A stretch of 64,000 bases of DNA from Octopus bimaculoides (lineage: Eukaryota): the NCBI RefSeq assembly GCF_001194135.2, contig NC_069004.1, forward strand, positions 8,393,942-8,457,941. The letters are read 5' to 3'. Below, piece after piece: positions 26,758 through 39,406 of this stretch. Position numbers and translations under genes: made by a program. Under the pieces are notes generated by a model. The model was not told where the DNA came from and did not search any database. It was given only the letters and a program-made list of their open reading frames with translations. Position 1 is the stretch's first letter; each line of letters opens with the position of its first letter.

Positions 26758-28728
26758 TTATTCTCCTGGTTGAATGCATTTGTGAATTGTTAAGGAAGTA
26801 CTCCCAGAGAATGATTTACCACAGATATTACAGTGGTAAGGCCTTTCCCCTGTATGAATGCGTTTGTGCTTAGTTACATCACTATTTTGGAAGAATGATT
26901 TACCACAAATATCACACTGATAGGGTTTCTCTCCTGTGTGGATACGTCGGTGAATTGTTAAATGGCCTGTCTGAGAGAAAGATTTACCACAGATATCACA
27001 ATGATACAGTTTCTCACCTGTATGAGTACGTTTATGAATTGTTAGATGAGCTGTTTGAGAAAAGGATTTATTACAGATGTCACAGTGATAAGGTTTCTCG
27101 CCTGTGTGAGTACGACTGTGAACAGTTAAATGACTTGTCTGAGAGAAGGATTTACCGCAGATATCACAGTGATATAGCTTTTCTCCTGTATGGGTGTATT
27201 TGTGTTTAGTTAAATTATATGTTTCAGAGAATGACATGCCACAGATATCACAGTGATATGGTTTTTCCCCTGTATGCATACGTTTATGAGAAGTTAACGT
27301 ACGTCCATCAGTAAAAGACTTGCCACAAGTGTCACAGTGATATGGTTTCTCTCCTGTATGAATACGTATGTGCCTAATTAGGCCAGAACTTTGGGAAAAT
27401 GATTTACCACAGGTATTACAGTGATATGGTTTCTCTCCTGTATGAATACGTTTGTGAACACTTAACACACTTCCATCAGTGAATGATTTACCACAAGTAT
27501 CACATTGATAGGTTTTCTTTCTTTTACGAATGTGCCTCTTATGTCTCATTAAACGACTTGCTCCAGAGAATGATTTAGCAGGGTGATACAGTTTTTCTCC
27601 TGAATGACTATGTTTGTGAACAGTTAATGCACTACCATATGTGAAGGATTTACCACAAATATCACAATGATATGGTTTTTCACCTGAATGAATACGTTTG
27701 TGAACAGTTAATGCACTACCATATGTGAAGGATTTACCACAAATATCACAATGATATGGTTTTTCACCTGAATGAATACGTTTGTGAACAGTTAAGGTAC
27801 CTCCACATGTGAATGACTTACCACAGATATCACAACGATATGGTTTTTCCCCTGTGTGAATACGCTTGTGAACAGTTAATCCAGTTCCGTCAGTGAAGGA
27901 TTTCCCACAGATATCACAGTAATATGGCTTTTCTCTTGTATGAATACGTCTCTTGTGTAAAGTCAATTGACTTGTTTGTGAGAATGATTTATCACAGATA
28001 TCACAGTGGTATGGTTTATTTCCTGTATGAATACGTTTATGAACATTTAATGTACTTCTGTTACTGAATGACTTACCACAGATATCGCAAGGGTATGGTC
28101 TCTCTCCTGTATGAATGTGTTGGTGCTTAATTAAAGTATTTCTATCAGCGAACGATTTGCCACAGACATCACAGTGATATGGTTTCTCTCCAGTATGAAC
28201 ATATTTGTGAGAATTTAAATGAACTTTCTGAAAGAATGATTTTCCACAGATATCACAGTGGTACAACTTTTCACCTGTATGAATGTATTTGTGCTTAGTT
28301 AAATTACCTTTTTCAGAGAATGATTCACCACAAATATTACACAGATATGGCTTCTCACCTGTGTGAATACGAATGTGCCTAGTCAGGCCATTACTTCGAG
28401 AGAAGGACTTACCACAGATATCACAATGATATGGCTTTTCACCTGTATGAGTACGTATGTGATCAGCTAAATGACTTCTGACAGAGAATGATTTACCACA
28501 GATATTACATTCATAAGGCTTTTCTCCAGTATGGATACGTTTATGAGTAATTAAGGTTTGTAATCTAGAGAATGCTTTACCACAGATATCACAGTTATGT
28601 GGTTTCTCTCCTGAGTGAATAATTTTATGATTTGTAAGGCTGCTTTTTAAAGAGAATGTCTTTTGACAGATATCACAGGAATATGATGATTTTCCCACCT
28701 TCTTCAACAATTCTTCAGGAAAATCCAT
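26758..28728 (-). CDS. G6: C2H2 zinc-finger protein, 21 intact fingers + 1 internal broken + 1 degenerate terminal finger
   Basis: Homologous start MDFPEEL at 28728 (ORF extends to 28758); in-frame loss of one Cys pair (YHPAKSF). Confidence 0.96.
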   Translation of the reverse strand: MDFPEELLKKVGKSSYSCDICQKTFSLKSSLTNHKIIHSGEKPHNCDICGKAFSRLQTLITHKRIHTGEKPYECNICGKSFSVRSHLADHIRTHTGEKPYHCDICGKSFSRSNGLTRHIRIHTGEKPYLCNICGESFSEKGNLTKHKYIHTGEKLYHCDICGKSFFQKVHLNSHKYVHTGEKPYHCDVCGKSFADRNTLIKHQHIHTGERPYPCDICGKSFSNRSTLNVHKRIHTGNKPYHCDICDKSFSQTSQLTLHKRRIHTREKPYYCDICGKSFTDGTGLTVHKRIHTGEKPYRCDICGKSFTCGGTLTVHKRIHSGEKPYHCDICGKSFTYGSALTVHKRIHSGEKPYHCDICGKSFTYGSALTVHKHSHSGEKLYHPAKSFSGASRLMRHKRHIRKRKKTYQCDTCGKSFTDGSVLSVHKRIHTGEKPYHCNTCGKSFSQSSGLIRHIRIHTGEKPYHCDTCGKSFTDGRTLTSHKRMHTGEKPYHCDICGMSFSETYNLTKHKYTHTGEKLYHCDICGKSFSQTSHLTVHSRTHTGEKPYHCDICNKSFSQTAHLTIHKRTHTGEKLYHCDICGKSFSQTGHLTIHRRIHTGEKPYQCDICGKSFFQNSDVTKHKRIHTGERPYHCNICGKSFSGSTSLTIHKCIQPGE

Positions 28729-28868
28729 TCTTCTATAAATTTTCTTTTCTGACGACAACTACATTGATATTTTCTGCTCTATTATTGTATTGATCACAAC
28801 TTTTCTCCTGTAATATTTGCAATCAACTGTTATCAGAAAAGAGAGGCAAACTTGTATACCTTCCAGAC

Positions 28869-29002
28869 CAGTGGCCCATGGGACCTTCTTAATGACATGC
28901 CTAACAAAAAACATTACCATTATTTTTCTTAGTAGTGCAGCCCACTAGATGGAAAACCATGTTTCATGTTGCCTGCTTCTCAAAAAAGTTTGCCCATGCC
29001 TG
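28869..29002. mobile_element. hAT-like MITE in the G6 5' leader
   Basis: CAG termini (right TIR caggcatgggcaaa); 8-bp flanks ttccagac/ttctggat resembling nTCTAGAn; absent from paralogous leaders. Confidence 0.65.
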
Positions 29003-30657
29003 TTCTGGATGTTGAAGAGAACTGTATTACTTGGAAGAAATAACTCTCAGATAAATTGATACAAAGAGAGTTGCAGCTCTTCATTATGAAATCTCTCTTT
29101 TGTCTGTAAATGGTGATAAATATTAATGATATATCTTCAATGCCAATGTCATTTGATATTCTGAAATTATAGAGAAATAGTGTAAGATATTGAAGATAAT
29201 TAAAAAATACAGATTCAACAGTCAAATTTTACTATAGTCATAAACTAGAAACTTTTACCTCAGCAACTGAACTTAACATTTTAATTTGTTAAATTACATC
29301 ATAAAAAGTTGTGTTAAATTTACACATTTACAAACTACAGATACACTTCCAGATTGTGTAACATTAACATATATTACAATAAACAATAATGAGTATATAT
29401 GATACATGGTTTAGTGTCTTTGGTTGTCCAGGACTTCTTCAGGTCCTTCTCATATTCAGTAATATTCTCAGAATTTGGAACTGAATCCTTATTAAATCCA
29501 TGGGGGTATATTGCTCTCAATCTATTGTCCATAACAACGATGTTATTCTTATTAGTTATTTCATTACTTGTTCTCATTCCAATGTCCAAACCAGAGATAT
29601 TCTCCACATTTGGTGTTCTATTTGTAATGTCACTGCTTCGTTACAATTCTGGCAGAGTATATATAAATGTTCTGGCTTACGGAGACAGGTTCAATCCTAG
29701 GATAAGATCAACTATTACACCTAACAATCTACACTTATAGTCATAACAAAATTTCCAGAATAGTAGACAATAACGGTCCTCTCTCTCTCTCTCTCTTTCT
29801 CTCTGGAAACATTTTTTGTCTAAGCAGACCAATGATCAAACACATAAGTCATGACATTGCCGTTCTTCACTCTGTGACAGTCTAACTAGGAATACATTGT
29901 CTAGTATGTCTCTCACGTATCACGCTGGTAAGGTGCAATTTATACATCTGGCTCCTATTTCAAGGGAATCGACTGACCACATAGTTTCCATCCCGGTGGC
30001 TCACCGTTGTTCTATATCCCCTAGATCTATAACCAAAGTGAAAATGCTTTCTTGGGTATCATGAATTGAATAACAGATTTAAAAGAAAAAGAAAAAAGAA
30101 ACAATCTGGATGAATGAAGAAGGGAAAATTGAATTGAACATTAAGAACACAATACCTCAAAATGCGGCCTACTCAACGAATAACAGTATTCATTACAAGG
30201 GAAGAAACCCTATCACAGAGACATCTATCGTAAATCATTCTCAGCTGGAAGTGGCTCAATAATTACTAGCAAACCTATTCATACAGGAGAAGCGATATCA
30301 CTATCTGCGGGGAAATCGTTCTAGATGACTTTAACGCTTGTCTTAACTTCATCAAATATTTAGGGAAGTTTACCCGATGTGGAACCTATCTTTGAATGAG
30401 CTTGTATGTTTTCAAAGCCATATTTTAAAACAAACAGGCGACATTAACATACAAAACGAAGCGTGTTAAACATAGTATTCCTGTAACTTATTTCATGTCT
30501 GGGCTCTACATCCATATAATTACTATTTTCCTGAAGAAAACATCTTTTACCATCGAAATAGTTTCATTTTTATATAACTACAATAACCTCCAATTGGAAC
30601 ACAGTTCTACTATTCATATACATTATTACAGCATTAAACAAACGTTGGTCAACTTAC

Positions 30658-30780
30658 CGTTTACCGAAGAAATTATTTCATTAGATTCAGGGTTTAACAA
30701 ATGATTTTTAGTCTTGCCACATAGAACAAGTGAAGCTGACTGTAGGACTTACGCCGCAGTTTCGATAAGAAACATTTATA
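30658..30780 (-). promoter_or_regulatory. G6 non-coding exon 1 (internally shortened) + promoter motif
   Basis: Donor at 30656-30657, acceptor at 29161-29162. Confidence 0.68.
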
Positions 30781-30913
30781 AGGGTATAATTGTTATCAAC
30801 ACATTTTAAAAACGAAAGAGAAAAGCTTTCTTCAATCTTAGAATATTAATAGGATATTATACAATAGAAGGAAGCAATTGATGAAATTTTATTTTAAAAG
30901 AAAATAAATAAAA

Positions 30914-32265
30914 GGGTGTGATTGTGAGGTAAGAAACTTGATTCCGGTCATACAACGTGGTCGTTTTTTTTTTTTTTTTTGGTGCTGATGAGCGTTTTGC
31001 TATAGTTGGATTCCATTTATTTTGGATTATTACCTTTGTTGAACTGTATTTGTTTTTACTATTCCTCGGTATATTACTGTGGCCATTGTGGCATTGCTTT
31101 TTTTTTTTTATTTTGTGTAAAAATTCGAACTGCTTGAAGTCGTTTCAGAACTTTGTTCTTGTGCCCCGCCTCTAGCGGGGGGGAGGGATTGGTACTAGTC
31201 TGGGAGTGATTGGCACCAAGTGAGTGAAGCCCCGGAAAAGACGCAAAAGTTCTACCCTGGTGGTCGGGTGCCTTTCCTTCAGGAGATACACTGCATGTGG
31301 CAATGTGATATCATCGTACTTTAAAATTTTTACTGTAATTTTAATCGTAATTTATCATTAATAATAATAAAAAAAAGAACTTGTAAATTATAGCAGCTTT
31401 TTCACCATTTTACGTGTCCCCTCTTTGTAATGCTTGTATACCAAATATTTATCAAATAAAGAAGCTTAGCTTCCGGTTTTTGGATTGCTTCCGTTAAAGA
31501 CGAATATTTTGTTTGCTGCAAGTTGGAATTTATCTTTTGTGGACTGTGTTTTTCTTATTGGATTAATTTTACGCTTATTGGATTGTAGAACCTTTGCTTT
31601 TTGTAACGACCTCACTTAACCTTGGTTTAAATGTGCGTGGTCTGAGTTAGAAGTGGAAGCAAGCTGAGAGTGATTGGCACCATGTAAATGGGGTCAGTGG
31701 AAGAAAGCAAAGGTTCTATCCAGGTGGTCAGAGGTCTTTCCTTTTGACGTTATTTATTGCGAATCGCAATTAGATATTTAATTATATTTTTAACTATTGG
31801 TCATTGTAAATTTTCATTCGAACTGTAATTTTTAATTATTAAGCAACTACTACACCTTTTTGGTGTTTTGTCTGTCCTTGTTCATCCCATCTATGTACTG
31901 TCTTATGGCAAATATTATGAAATAAAGAAGCTTGCTTCAGTCCCACTGCGTCTTGGCACCTTGGACAAGTGTCTTCTATAGTCTCAGGCTGACTAATGCA
32001 TTGTGAGTGGATTTGGTAGATGGAAACTGAAAGAAACCTGTAGTATATATGTCTATGCGTGTGTACCTTTGTGTCTGTCTCTCCCAGCCACTACAGCTTG
32101 GTGTGTTTACGTCCCCGTAACCTAGCAGTTTGGCAAAAGTACCCGACAGAATAAGTACCAAGTTTTAAAAAGATAAGTACTGGGGGGTCGATTCATTCGA
32201 CTAAAATTTCTTCAAGGCGGTGCCCTAGCATAACCGCAGTCTAATGATTGGAACAAGTAAAAGAT
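30914..32265 (+). mobile_element. SINE family B interrupted by two stacked ~0.5-kb inserts (30945-31458, 31474-31924)
   Basis: SINE head at 30914-30944; body resumes at 31939; a 14-15 bp target sequence is present three times. Confidence 0.75.
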
Positions 32266-32559
32266 AGAAAAAGAAACAGCCCTCGATAAATTACAGAGTT
32301 CACCTTTAGACATGTTAGACATAAGGTGATGAAGTTAAGCCAACACTGCAAAGGAAAAATTGCTCACCTTACACAAGGAGATAAGTTTATTTAACTTATC
32401 ACAACATGCAAATAACACTAACCAAATTACAGTCCTCCATCTCGATATTAACTTTCACCTACAACACAAATTGAACTAGAAACAAGAAAATAGTTGAAAT
32501 GAAACTACTAAACGAAGACTTGTAAAACCCTAAGGAGAAATGAATCATTTAAGCATCAG

Positions 32560-33200
32560 CAACAAGCTAGAAAATCTATTTTGTGTTCACTGTAACAAAG
32601 CCTCACTGTGACAAATTGCTCCAAAGTCATAGATACAATGTAATCAAAAATTTATTGAAGCTGGTATGTCTACCACATATGATGGATGTAAAAGTTATTC
32701 TTGATATGCTTTTTGGTGAATGGTGTTGTGGTTCCCTACAGCCCATACAATCACATATTCTGTGGTCTTGCCCAACAAAACCTTTTCTAACATCACTGAT
32801 AGTTTTTCCCAGAATCAGAAGACACTGAAGATATTTCAAAACCAAATTGTATTCAATGTTTTCTCTACCTCTTTGAAAATATCATCACCAGTTGTTCTCC
32901 CATCACTTTAAAATTAGCATTAATTCTTCAAATGAGCCCTAGTAACACCAAATTGTTAGATGTATCTCTTTGCAGAAATATGATAATACAAATTAAATAT
33001 TAGTGATGGAAGCAGTATTATAGATGTATAGTGCTATTGGCACAGAACTATTGGTAGCAGTTGTGAATTGTCCAGCAACATTGATGGAACTGCTAAATAA
33101 ACTGATTTCATCAAATTTGTGCTTCATCAGCCCCAGACATCCTTTCAGTGCATGCCAGCCAAATCTCACTGTTACTAATATACTGATATATTTCTGTGCT
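32560..33200 (-). mobile_element. hAT (SPIN/Buster-like) transposase fossil, copy 2
   Basis: GRTTGDDIFKEVEKTL and IHQKA...SINF motifs with stops and frameshifts. Confidence 0.65.
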
Positions 33201-33914
33201 TCTTAGCAGTATAAATCTACATGAGAGGATTTCTCAAAGCAAATACTGCAGTAATAGTATTCTAACAATGCATCTATGTTAAGCAGGATATAAAGATTGC
33301 TGTGAAAATACAAGAGTATTGTTTCTTATGGAGGTATCCAGTAGAAATTTTTACATTTTACTTCTTTAACATATACCACAAGATACATATATATAGAGAT
33401 ATGTATGTGTGTATATATATATATATACATACACAAAGGAGGTTCAGGATGGGAATGTGCTATATAAAAGTTCAGACTGCAAAGTATAACCAAAACATTA
33501 CGCAAATAAAGCTTTATTAAATACAATAAACTGAGGAAACAAAAATCAACAACTTGATCATTCTAAAACTCCATTTTTACATCAAATCAATCAGTAACCA
33601 ATACAATACATGTAATAATTTACATATTGTTATAACAACAAAAAAAATCTATATCGGGTTCCTTTCCATGTCTTAGATGAGTCAAAGAAAAATGTTTCAA
33701 TTCTATGCTTCATTTCTGGGAATGTTTCTTATGGCTGGTTGCCCTATCTGTCATTGTGTCTTTGACAGTGTATTTTGCTGTGGAACCAGCACTAGAGAGG
33801 CTGTTGTGTTGCTGGCAACACTAGAGTGCTGATGTCTCTGTTCATTTGTCACTCACTTCACAGAGTGCAGGTTTCTAAGTATATATGAGTGATTTCATAA
33901 AGAGAATAGCGTTG

Positions 33915-34241
33915 CCTTCTAGCACTTGTGCTGATGGCATGTTAGAAAATCATTCGAGCGAGGTTGTTGCCAGTGCCACTGGACTTGCTCCTGCACAAGT
34001 GGCATGTAAAAAACACCTTTTTGAGCATGGCCGTTGCCAGTACCGTGTGACTGGCCCTCGTGCCAGTGGCATGTAAAAGCACCCTCTACACTCTTGGATT
34101 GGTTGGCTTTAGGAAGGGCATCCAGCTGTAGAAACCCTGCCAAATCAGATTGGAGCCTGGTGCAGCCTTCTGGCTTGCCAGCCCTCAGTCAAATCGTCCA
34201 ACCCATCCTAGCATGGAAAGCGGATGTTAAACGTTGATGAG
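33915..34241 (+). mobile_element. RTE-like retroposon 3' end, (GAT)n tail
   Basis: Same family at 53586-54005 (-) and 54168-54433 (+), with short relics at 3277, 9281 and 48059. Confidence 0.8.
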
Positions 34242-34745
34242 GAATGATTTATCACAGCTACCACAGTGATATAATTTCTCACCTGTTTGTATACAACTGA
34301 GAACATTTAACACATTTGTCCATGTCCATGTCCATGTCAAAATAATCTACCTGCTTTATCTTCCAACAGGTCAGATCCAGCCTCTCACAATTACCCTACA
34401 ATAATTATTCTAAAAGTAAACAATCATGTCACTGAAATCTCAAAGCTATGAGATAAATCATGACTAATTCATATCGATGTGAATAAATAAGCATTACGTT
34501 TTACAGAGAATAGGTTAAATAGTTGCATAGATTTACCCCATGTATCAAAGTGATATGGCTTTTGCTCTACATTTGCCAGCAGTTAATTTACTTCGATCAG
34601 TGAAGGAGTTATCACAGATATCACAATAATATGGTTTCTCTCTTATATAATGGTCTTGTGTATCTTCATCTCATTTGTTTGCAGCATGACTGATTTATCA
34701 GACATATCACAGTAAAACACTTTTTCTCCTGAATAAATACGATTA
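34242..34745 (-). pseudogene. Decayed zinc-finger repeats in the G7 3' region
   Basis: RIYSGEKVFYCDMSDKS-type relics. Confidence 0.75.
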
Positions 34746-34756
34746 TGTATAGTTAA

Positions 34757-35068
34757 GGCGCATGGTTCAGTGGTTAGAGCATCGAGCTTACAATCGTGAG
34801 GTTGTGAGTTCGATTCCCGGACCGGGCTGCGTGTTGTGTTCTTGAGCAAGACACTTTATTTTACGTTGCTCCAGTTAACTCAGCTGTAGAAATGAGTTGC
34901 GACATCACTGGTGCCAAGCTGTATCGGCCTTTGCTTTTCCTTTGGATAACATTGGTGGCGTGGGCAACTGCTGGTCTTCCATAAACAACCTCGCCCGGAC
35001 TCGTGCCTCGGAGGGTAACTTTCTAGGTGCAATCCCATGGTCATTCATGACCAAAAGGGGTCTCCTTG
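34757..35068 (+). mobile_element. tRNA-derived CORE-type SINE, family C, in the G7 3' UTR
   Basis: A box TGGTTCAGTGG and B box GAGTTCGATTCC; ATAGTTAA TSD; lies 32 bp past the G7 stop. Confidence 0.88.
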
Positions 35069-35100
35069 AATAGTTAATACTCACACAAGGGAAAGATGCA

Positions 35101-36597
35101 TCAAAAGGATCCCAGTGATGTGGTTTTTTCCTTTGTATGAATACGTTTGTGTTTAGTTAATGTACTTCCATCAATGAATGATTTACCACAGATATCACAG
35201 CGATATGGTCTTTCCCCTGTGTGAGTACGTTTGTGAATGGTTAATTTACTTCCATCTGTGTATGATTTACCACAGATATCACACCAATATGGTTTTTCCC
35301 CTGTATGAGTTCGTTTATGAACAGTTAGTCCTCTTCCACTGCTGAACGAATTACCACAGATATCACAGTGATAAGGTTTCTCTCTTGCATGTATACGCTT
35401 GTGCTTAGTTACATCACTACTTTGGAAGAAAGATTTTCCACAAATATCACACTGGTAGGGTTTCTCTCCTGTATGAATACGTCTGTGAATTTTTAAATGA
35501 CCTGTCTGTGAGAAGGATTTACCACAAATATCACAGTCATATGGTTTCTCACCTGTATGAGTACGAACATGAACAGTTAAATGAGGTCTTTGAGAGAAGG
35601 ATTTACCACAGATATTACAGTGATGTAGTTTTTCCCCTGAATGAATACATTTGTGAATAATTAATTTCCTTCCCTCAGTGAATGGTTTACTACAGATATC
35701 ACAGGGATAAAGTTTTTCCCCCGAATGAATACGTTTGTGGATAGTCAATTTACTACACTCATTGAAAGATTTACCACAGATGTCACACTGATACGGTTTT
35801 TCGCCTGTATGAATACGTTTATGAACAGTTAATAAACTTGGATTAATAAATGATTTACCACAGATTTCACAGTGATATGGTTTCTCATTTGTATGAATGC
35901 GTCTCTTGTGTATCGATAAATGAGCTTCTTCTCTAAATGATTTACCACAGACGTCGCACTGATATGGTTTCTCTCCTGCGTGAATGTGTTTGTGTCTGTT
36001 TAATCTATTTCCATCAGCAAATGATTTCAAACAGATATCACATTGATAAGGCTTCTCCCCAGTATGAACATACATGTGACTATTTAAATGAACTTTCTGA
36101 AAGAATGATTTACCACAGATATCACAGTGATATGACTTCTCTCCTGTATGAGTGTATTTGTGTGTAGTTAAATTACATCTTTCAGAGAAAGATTTTCCAC
36201 AAATATTACACTGATACGGCTTCTCACCTGTGTGAATTCGAATGTGGCTAGTTAGGGCATCTCTTTCAGGGAAGGATTTACCACAGATATCACAGTGATA
36301 TGGCTTTTCTCCTGTATGAACTCGTATGTGTTTAGTTAAATATCTTCTAAAGGCAAATGATTTACCACAGTTTTCGCATTTATATGGTTTTTCTCCAGTA
36401 TGAATGTGTTTGTGAATAGTTAAGGTACGTATTTGAGAGAATGATTTACCACAGATATCACAGTTATGTGATTTCTCTCCTGTGTGAATCTGTTTATGAA
36501 TAGCAAGGCTATCTTTTAGAGAGAATGTCTGTTCACAGAGATCACAAGGATATGATGATTTTCCTACATCTTCTGGCAATTCTTCAGGAAAATCCAT
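35101..36597 (-). CDS. G7: C2H2 zinc-finger protein, 498 aa, 17 fingers
   Basis: Tandem C2H2 repeats; closest paralogue of G8. Confidence 0.96.
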   Translation of the reverse strand: MDFPEELPEDVGKSSYPCDLCEQTFSLKDSLAIHKQIHTGEKSHNCDICGKSFSQIRTLTIHKHIHTGEKPYKCENCGKSFAFRRYLTKHIRVHTGEKPYHCDICGKSFPERDALTSHIRIHTGEKPYQCNICGKSFSERCNLTTHKYTHTGEKSYHCDICGKSFFQKVHLNSHMYVHTGEKPYQCDICLKSFADGNRLNRHKHIHAGEKPYQCDVCGKSFREEAHLSIHKRRIHTNEKPYHCEICGKSFINPSLLTVHKRIHTGEKPYQCDICGKSFNECSKLTIHKRIHSGEKLYPCDICSKPFTEGRKLIIHKCIHSGEKLHHCNICGKSFSQRPHLTVHVRTHTGEKPYDCDICGKSFSQTGHLKIHRRIHTGEKPYQCDICGKSFFQSSDVTKHKRIHAREKPYHCDICGNSFSSGRGLTVHKRTHTGEKPYWCDICGKSYTDGSKLTIHKRTHTGERPYRCDICGKSFIDGSTLTKHKRIHTKEKTTSLGSF

Positions 36598-37854
36598 TTT
36601 ATCAGTAAATTTAATTTTTTGAAAACACTATGAATATTTTTACTTCTTTTTATACATTCCCTTGTAGATCAAAACGTTTATAGTGCAGTAGTGAGATCCT
36701 TCTGTAAATTTGTCCAAATTTAATGGAAACTCAAAAGCACTTTGCATACACTTCAGACAATGGAAGAGAGAAATGTCTCACTCAGATGAAATATTTCACA
36801 GTAATTCAATGATAACTTTATAGAAACAGAGTTGTAATTATTCTGTATAACTGCTTCCTTTTGTCTGTAAATGATAAGTATTGATATACCTTTAATGCCA
36901 ATGTCTCTGATATTCTGAAATGACAGAGAAATATTGTAAGATATTGAAGATAATTAAAATGATTCAACAGTGCCATTTTACTACAATTCAACTTTGATAA
37001 CCTTCACCCCAACAAATTTACAAATGAATTTATTAAAATTACATGTAAGTTGCATAAAGTTTACATAGTTACAGTCCATATCTACACTTTCAGATTGTGT
37101 AATATCAAATATATTTCAATGAACAATAATGGGTATACATTATACCTGGACTAGTGTCTTCAGTCATCATACCTTCTCATATATTCTCAGAATTTGAAGC
37201 TGAATTCTTTATTAAATACACAGGAATACATTGTTTTCATTCCATTCTGCATATCAGGACATTTTCCTCATTAGGTATACTACAACTTGCGATGCACTAG
37301 AATATTACAATCCAACCAGATTATATAGTTATCATTATTTACCTGGGGACTGAACTTACTCACACAACATAAACTATTACACTTAACAGTTGATAGTCTA
37401 TATTTATAGTCATCGTACCAAAACTAACAGAAGAATAGACATTTTTCTCTCCCTAGAAACGTGTTGTTACTGTTATATAATCCCTGGTCATTCCTTATTA
37501 AACAAACATATGATCAAACACATTCTATCATGATATTGCCATTGTATATCGAGGAATACACCGTCTGGTGTGTCCAACTCCAAAACCCTGCCAACTCATG
37601 TAAGTGGATTTTGTAAGGAATTTGGCTCCTATTTCAAGAAGGTTGAGTGACCAGTTTTCATACCAGTGGCTCAATGTTGCTGTTTTGTTATCAAATTAAC
37701 CATAACTTACCAACCCTATAATCAACGTAAAGATTTCATCGATGCTACGAGTTTTGTAACAGAACAAATAGCGAAATTATGGATGAAGAAAAAAACATTA
37801 ACAAAAAAGAAAATAGTCTGAAAAAGGTTAATCTCGTTACTAATAAATACATTT

Positions 37855-38242
37855 GTTGTTGTTGGCACTCCGTCGCTTACGACGTCGAGGGTTCCAGTTG
37901 ATCCGATCAACGGAACAGCCTGCTCGTGAAATTAACGTGCAAGTGGCTGAGCACTCCACAAACACGTGTACCCTTAACGTAGTTCTCGGGGATATTCAGC
38001 GTGACACAGTGTGACAAGGCTGACCCTTTGAATTACAGGCACAACAGAAACAGGAAGTAAGAATGAGAGAAAGTTGTGGTGAAAGAGTACAGCAGGGTTT
38101 GCCACCATCCCCTGCCGGAGCTTCGTGGAGCTTTTAGGTGTTTTCGCTCAATAAACACTCACAACGCCCGGTCTGGGAATCGAAACCGCGATCCTATGAC
38201 CGCGAGTCCGCTGTCCTAACCACTGGGCCATTGCGCTTCCAC
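37855..38242 (-). mobile_element. tRNA-Arg-like SINE, family D, (CAA)n tail
   Basis: Head tggcccagtgg...gactcgcggtc...ggtttcgattcc; 13-bp TSD aataaat[a/g]cattt; a 3' fragment also at 53155-53183. Confidence 0.9.
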
Positions 38243-38812
38243 AATAAATGCATTTGCACAGCCAAGAAACAATATCATACAGTTATTTGTTCTAAATATT
38301 CTTTATAGGTTGTAACCTCACTACTTATGAATACAGCCATAAACGACAGAAGCTGTATCACTGCGATATCTGTGGTAAATTGTTCTCACTGATATCCTAG
38401 AAATATCTTTCCAGATGCTTTTATAATTGTTGTTCGTAACTTCATCAAACCTTGAAGGCAAGTTTCAATGTTCAACACTTATTCGATGTAGCAACTCTAT
38501 TTTGAATGATCCCAAATATACATACACGCACAGAGTCTGGGATTCGTTCCTCTCTCATGTAAGCAATTTTCTTTCTGAATTAAATCAAAATCACTCATTC
38601 ATTTTTTTTTTTACGATTCATTTAATGTGTGTGTTTCTTTTGCGAACGTTGCTATAAGTTTTCGTGTTTATATAATGACTGTATCTGAAGCACATATCTT
38701 TTTTCATTGTTACATGTTTTCACTCCAATATAATTACCATATCCTCCAAGTGAAACACGATTCTTATTTACATACTTTATTACAGTATTAAAACAAACAT
38801 CTATCAACTTAC

Positions 38813-39030
38813 CATTTTCAGATGTAAACAGTGAATCAGTGTGTTATAGGTCTTCACCAAACAACCAAAGTAAGTATCTGACTGTTAAAATGAGGTTTAC
38901 CGATGTTTTATCAACTTTATCCCGCACCAACATTCAAAGAGCTCCTATTTACTCCGATGTTAAAATCATAAGTTGTCACAATGAACGAGTGAAGCTGACT
39001 TTATGTCTTCAGCCGTACTTTCGATATCAC
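38813..39030 (-). promoter_or_regulatory. G7 non-coding exon 1 + promoter motif
   Basis: Donor at 38811-38812, acceptor at 36915-36916. Confidence 0.75.
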
Positions 39031-39406
39031 ATATGACAAGATCAATGGCAGCGTCTCCTTGGAGACGTCTTGGGCTGACGGAGGGGGGGGGGGCGTTAGG
39101 TGTTTCTAGACCAAATATGTTCTTAGAAAGTAAAAAAAAAAAACTTTAAGGAAATGTAATAATTACGTTTTAAAAACATTTCCAAGAAAAATCTTTTTAA
39201 TCACTGGAACTTGAATAGAATATTATGTTATTAGCTGGTGCAAATACTCAGTAAAACACTGGACAAAATTTGGTTCTCAAGAAATAATTGTGGTGTTTAC
39301 CTGCCCCTCCTCATTAATTTTATTGCTAACAAATGAAGGTTTTTATTACTAGCAGAGATAATTACATATATAATACGTATGTATATGACAGATATATTGT
39401 ACAAAA

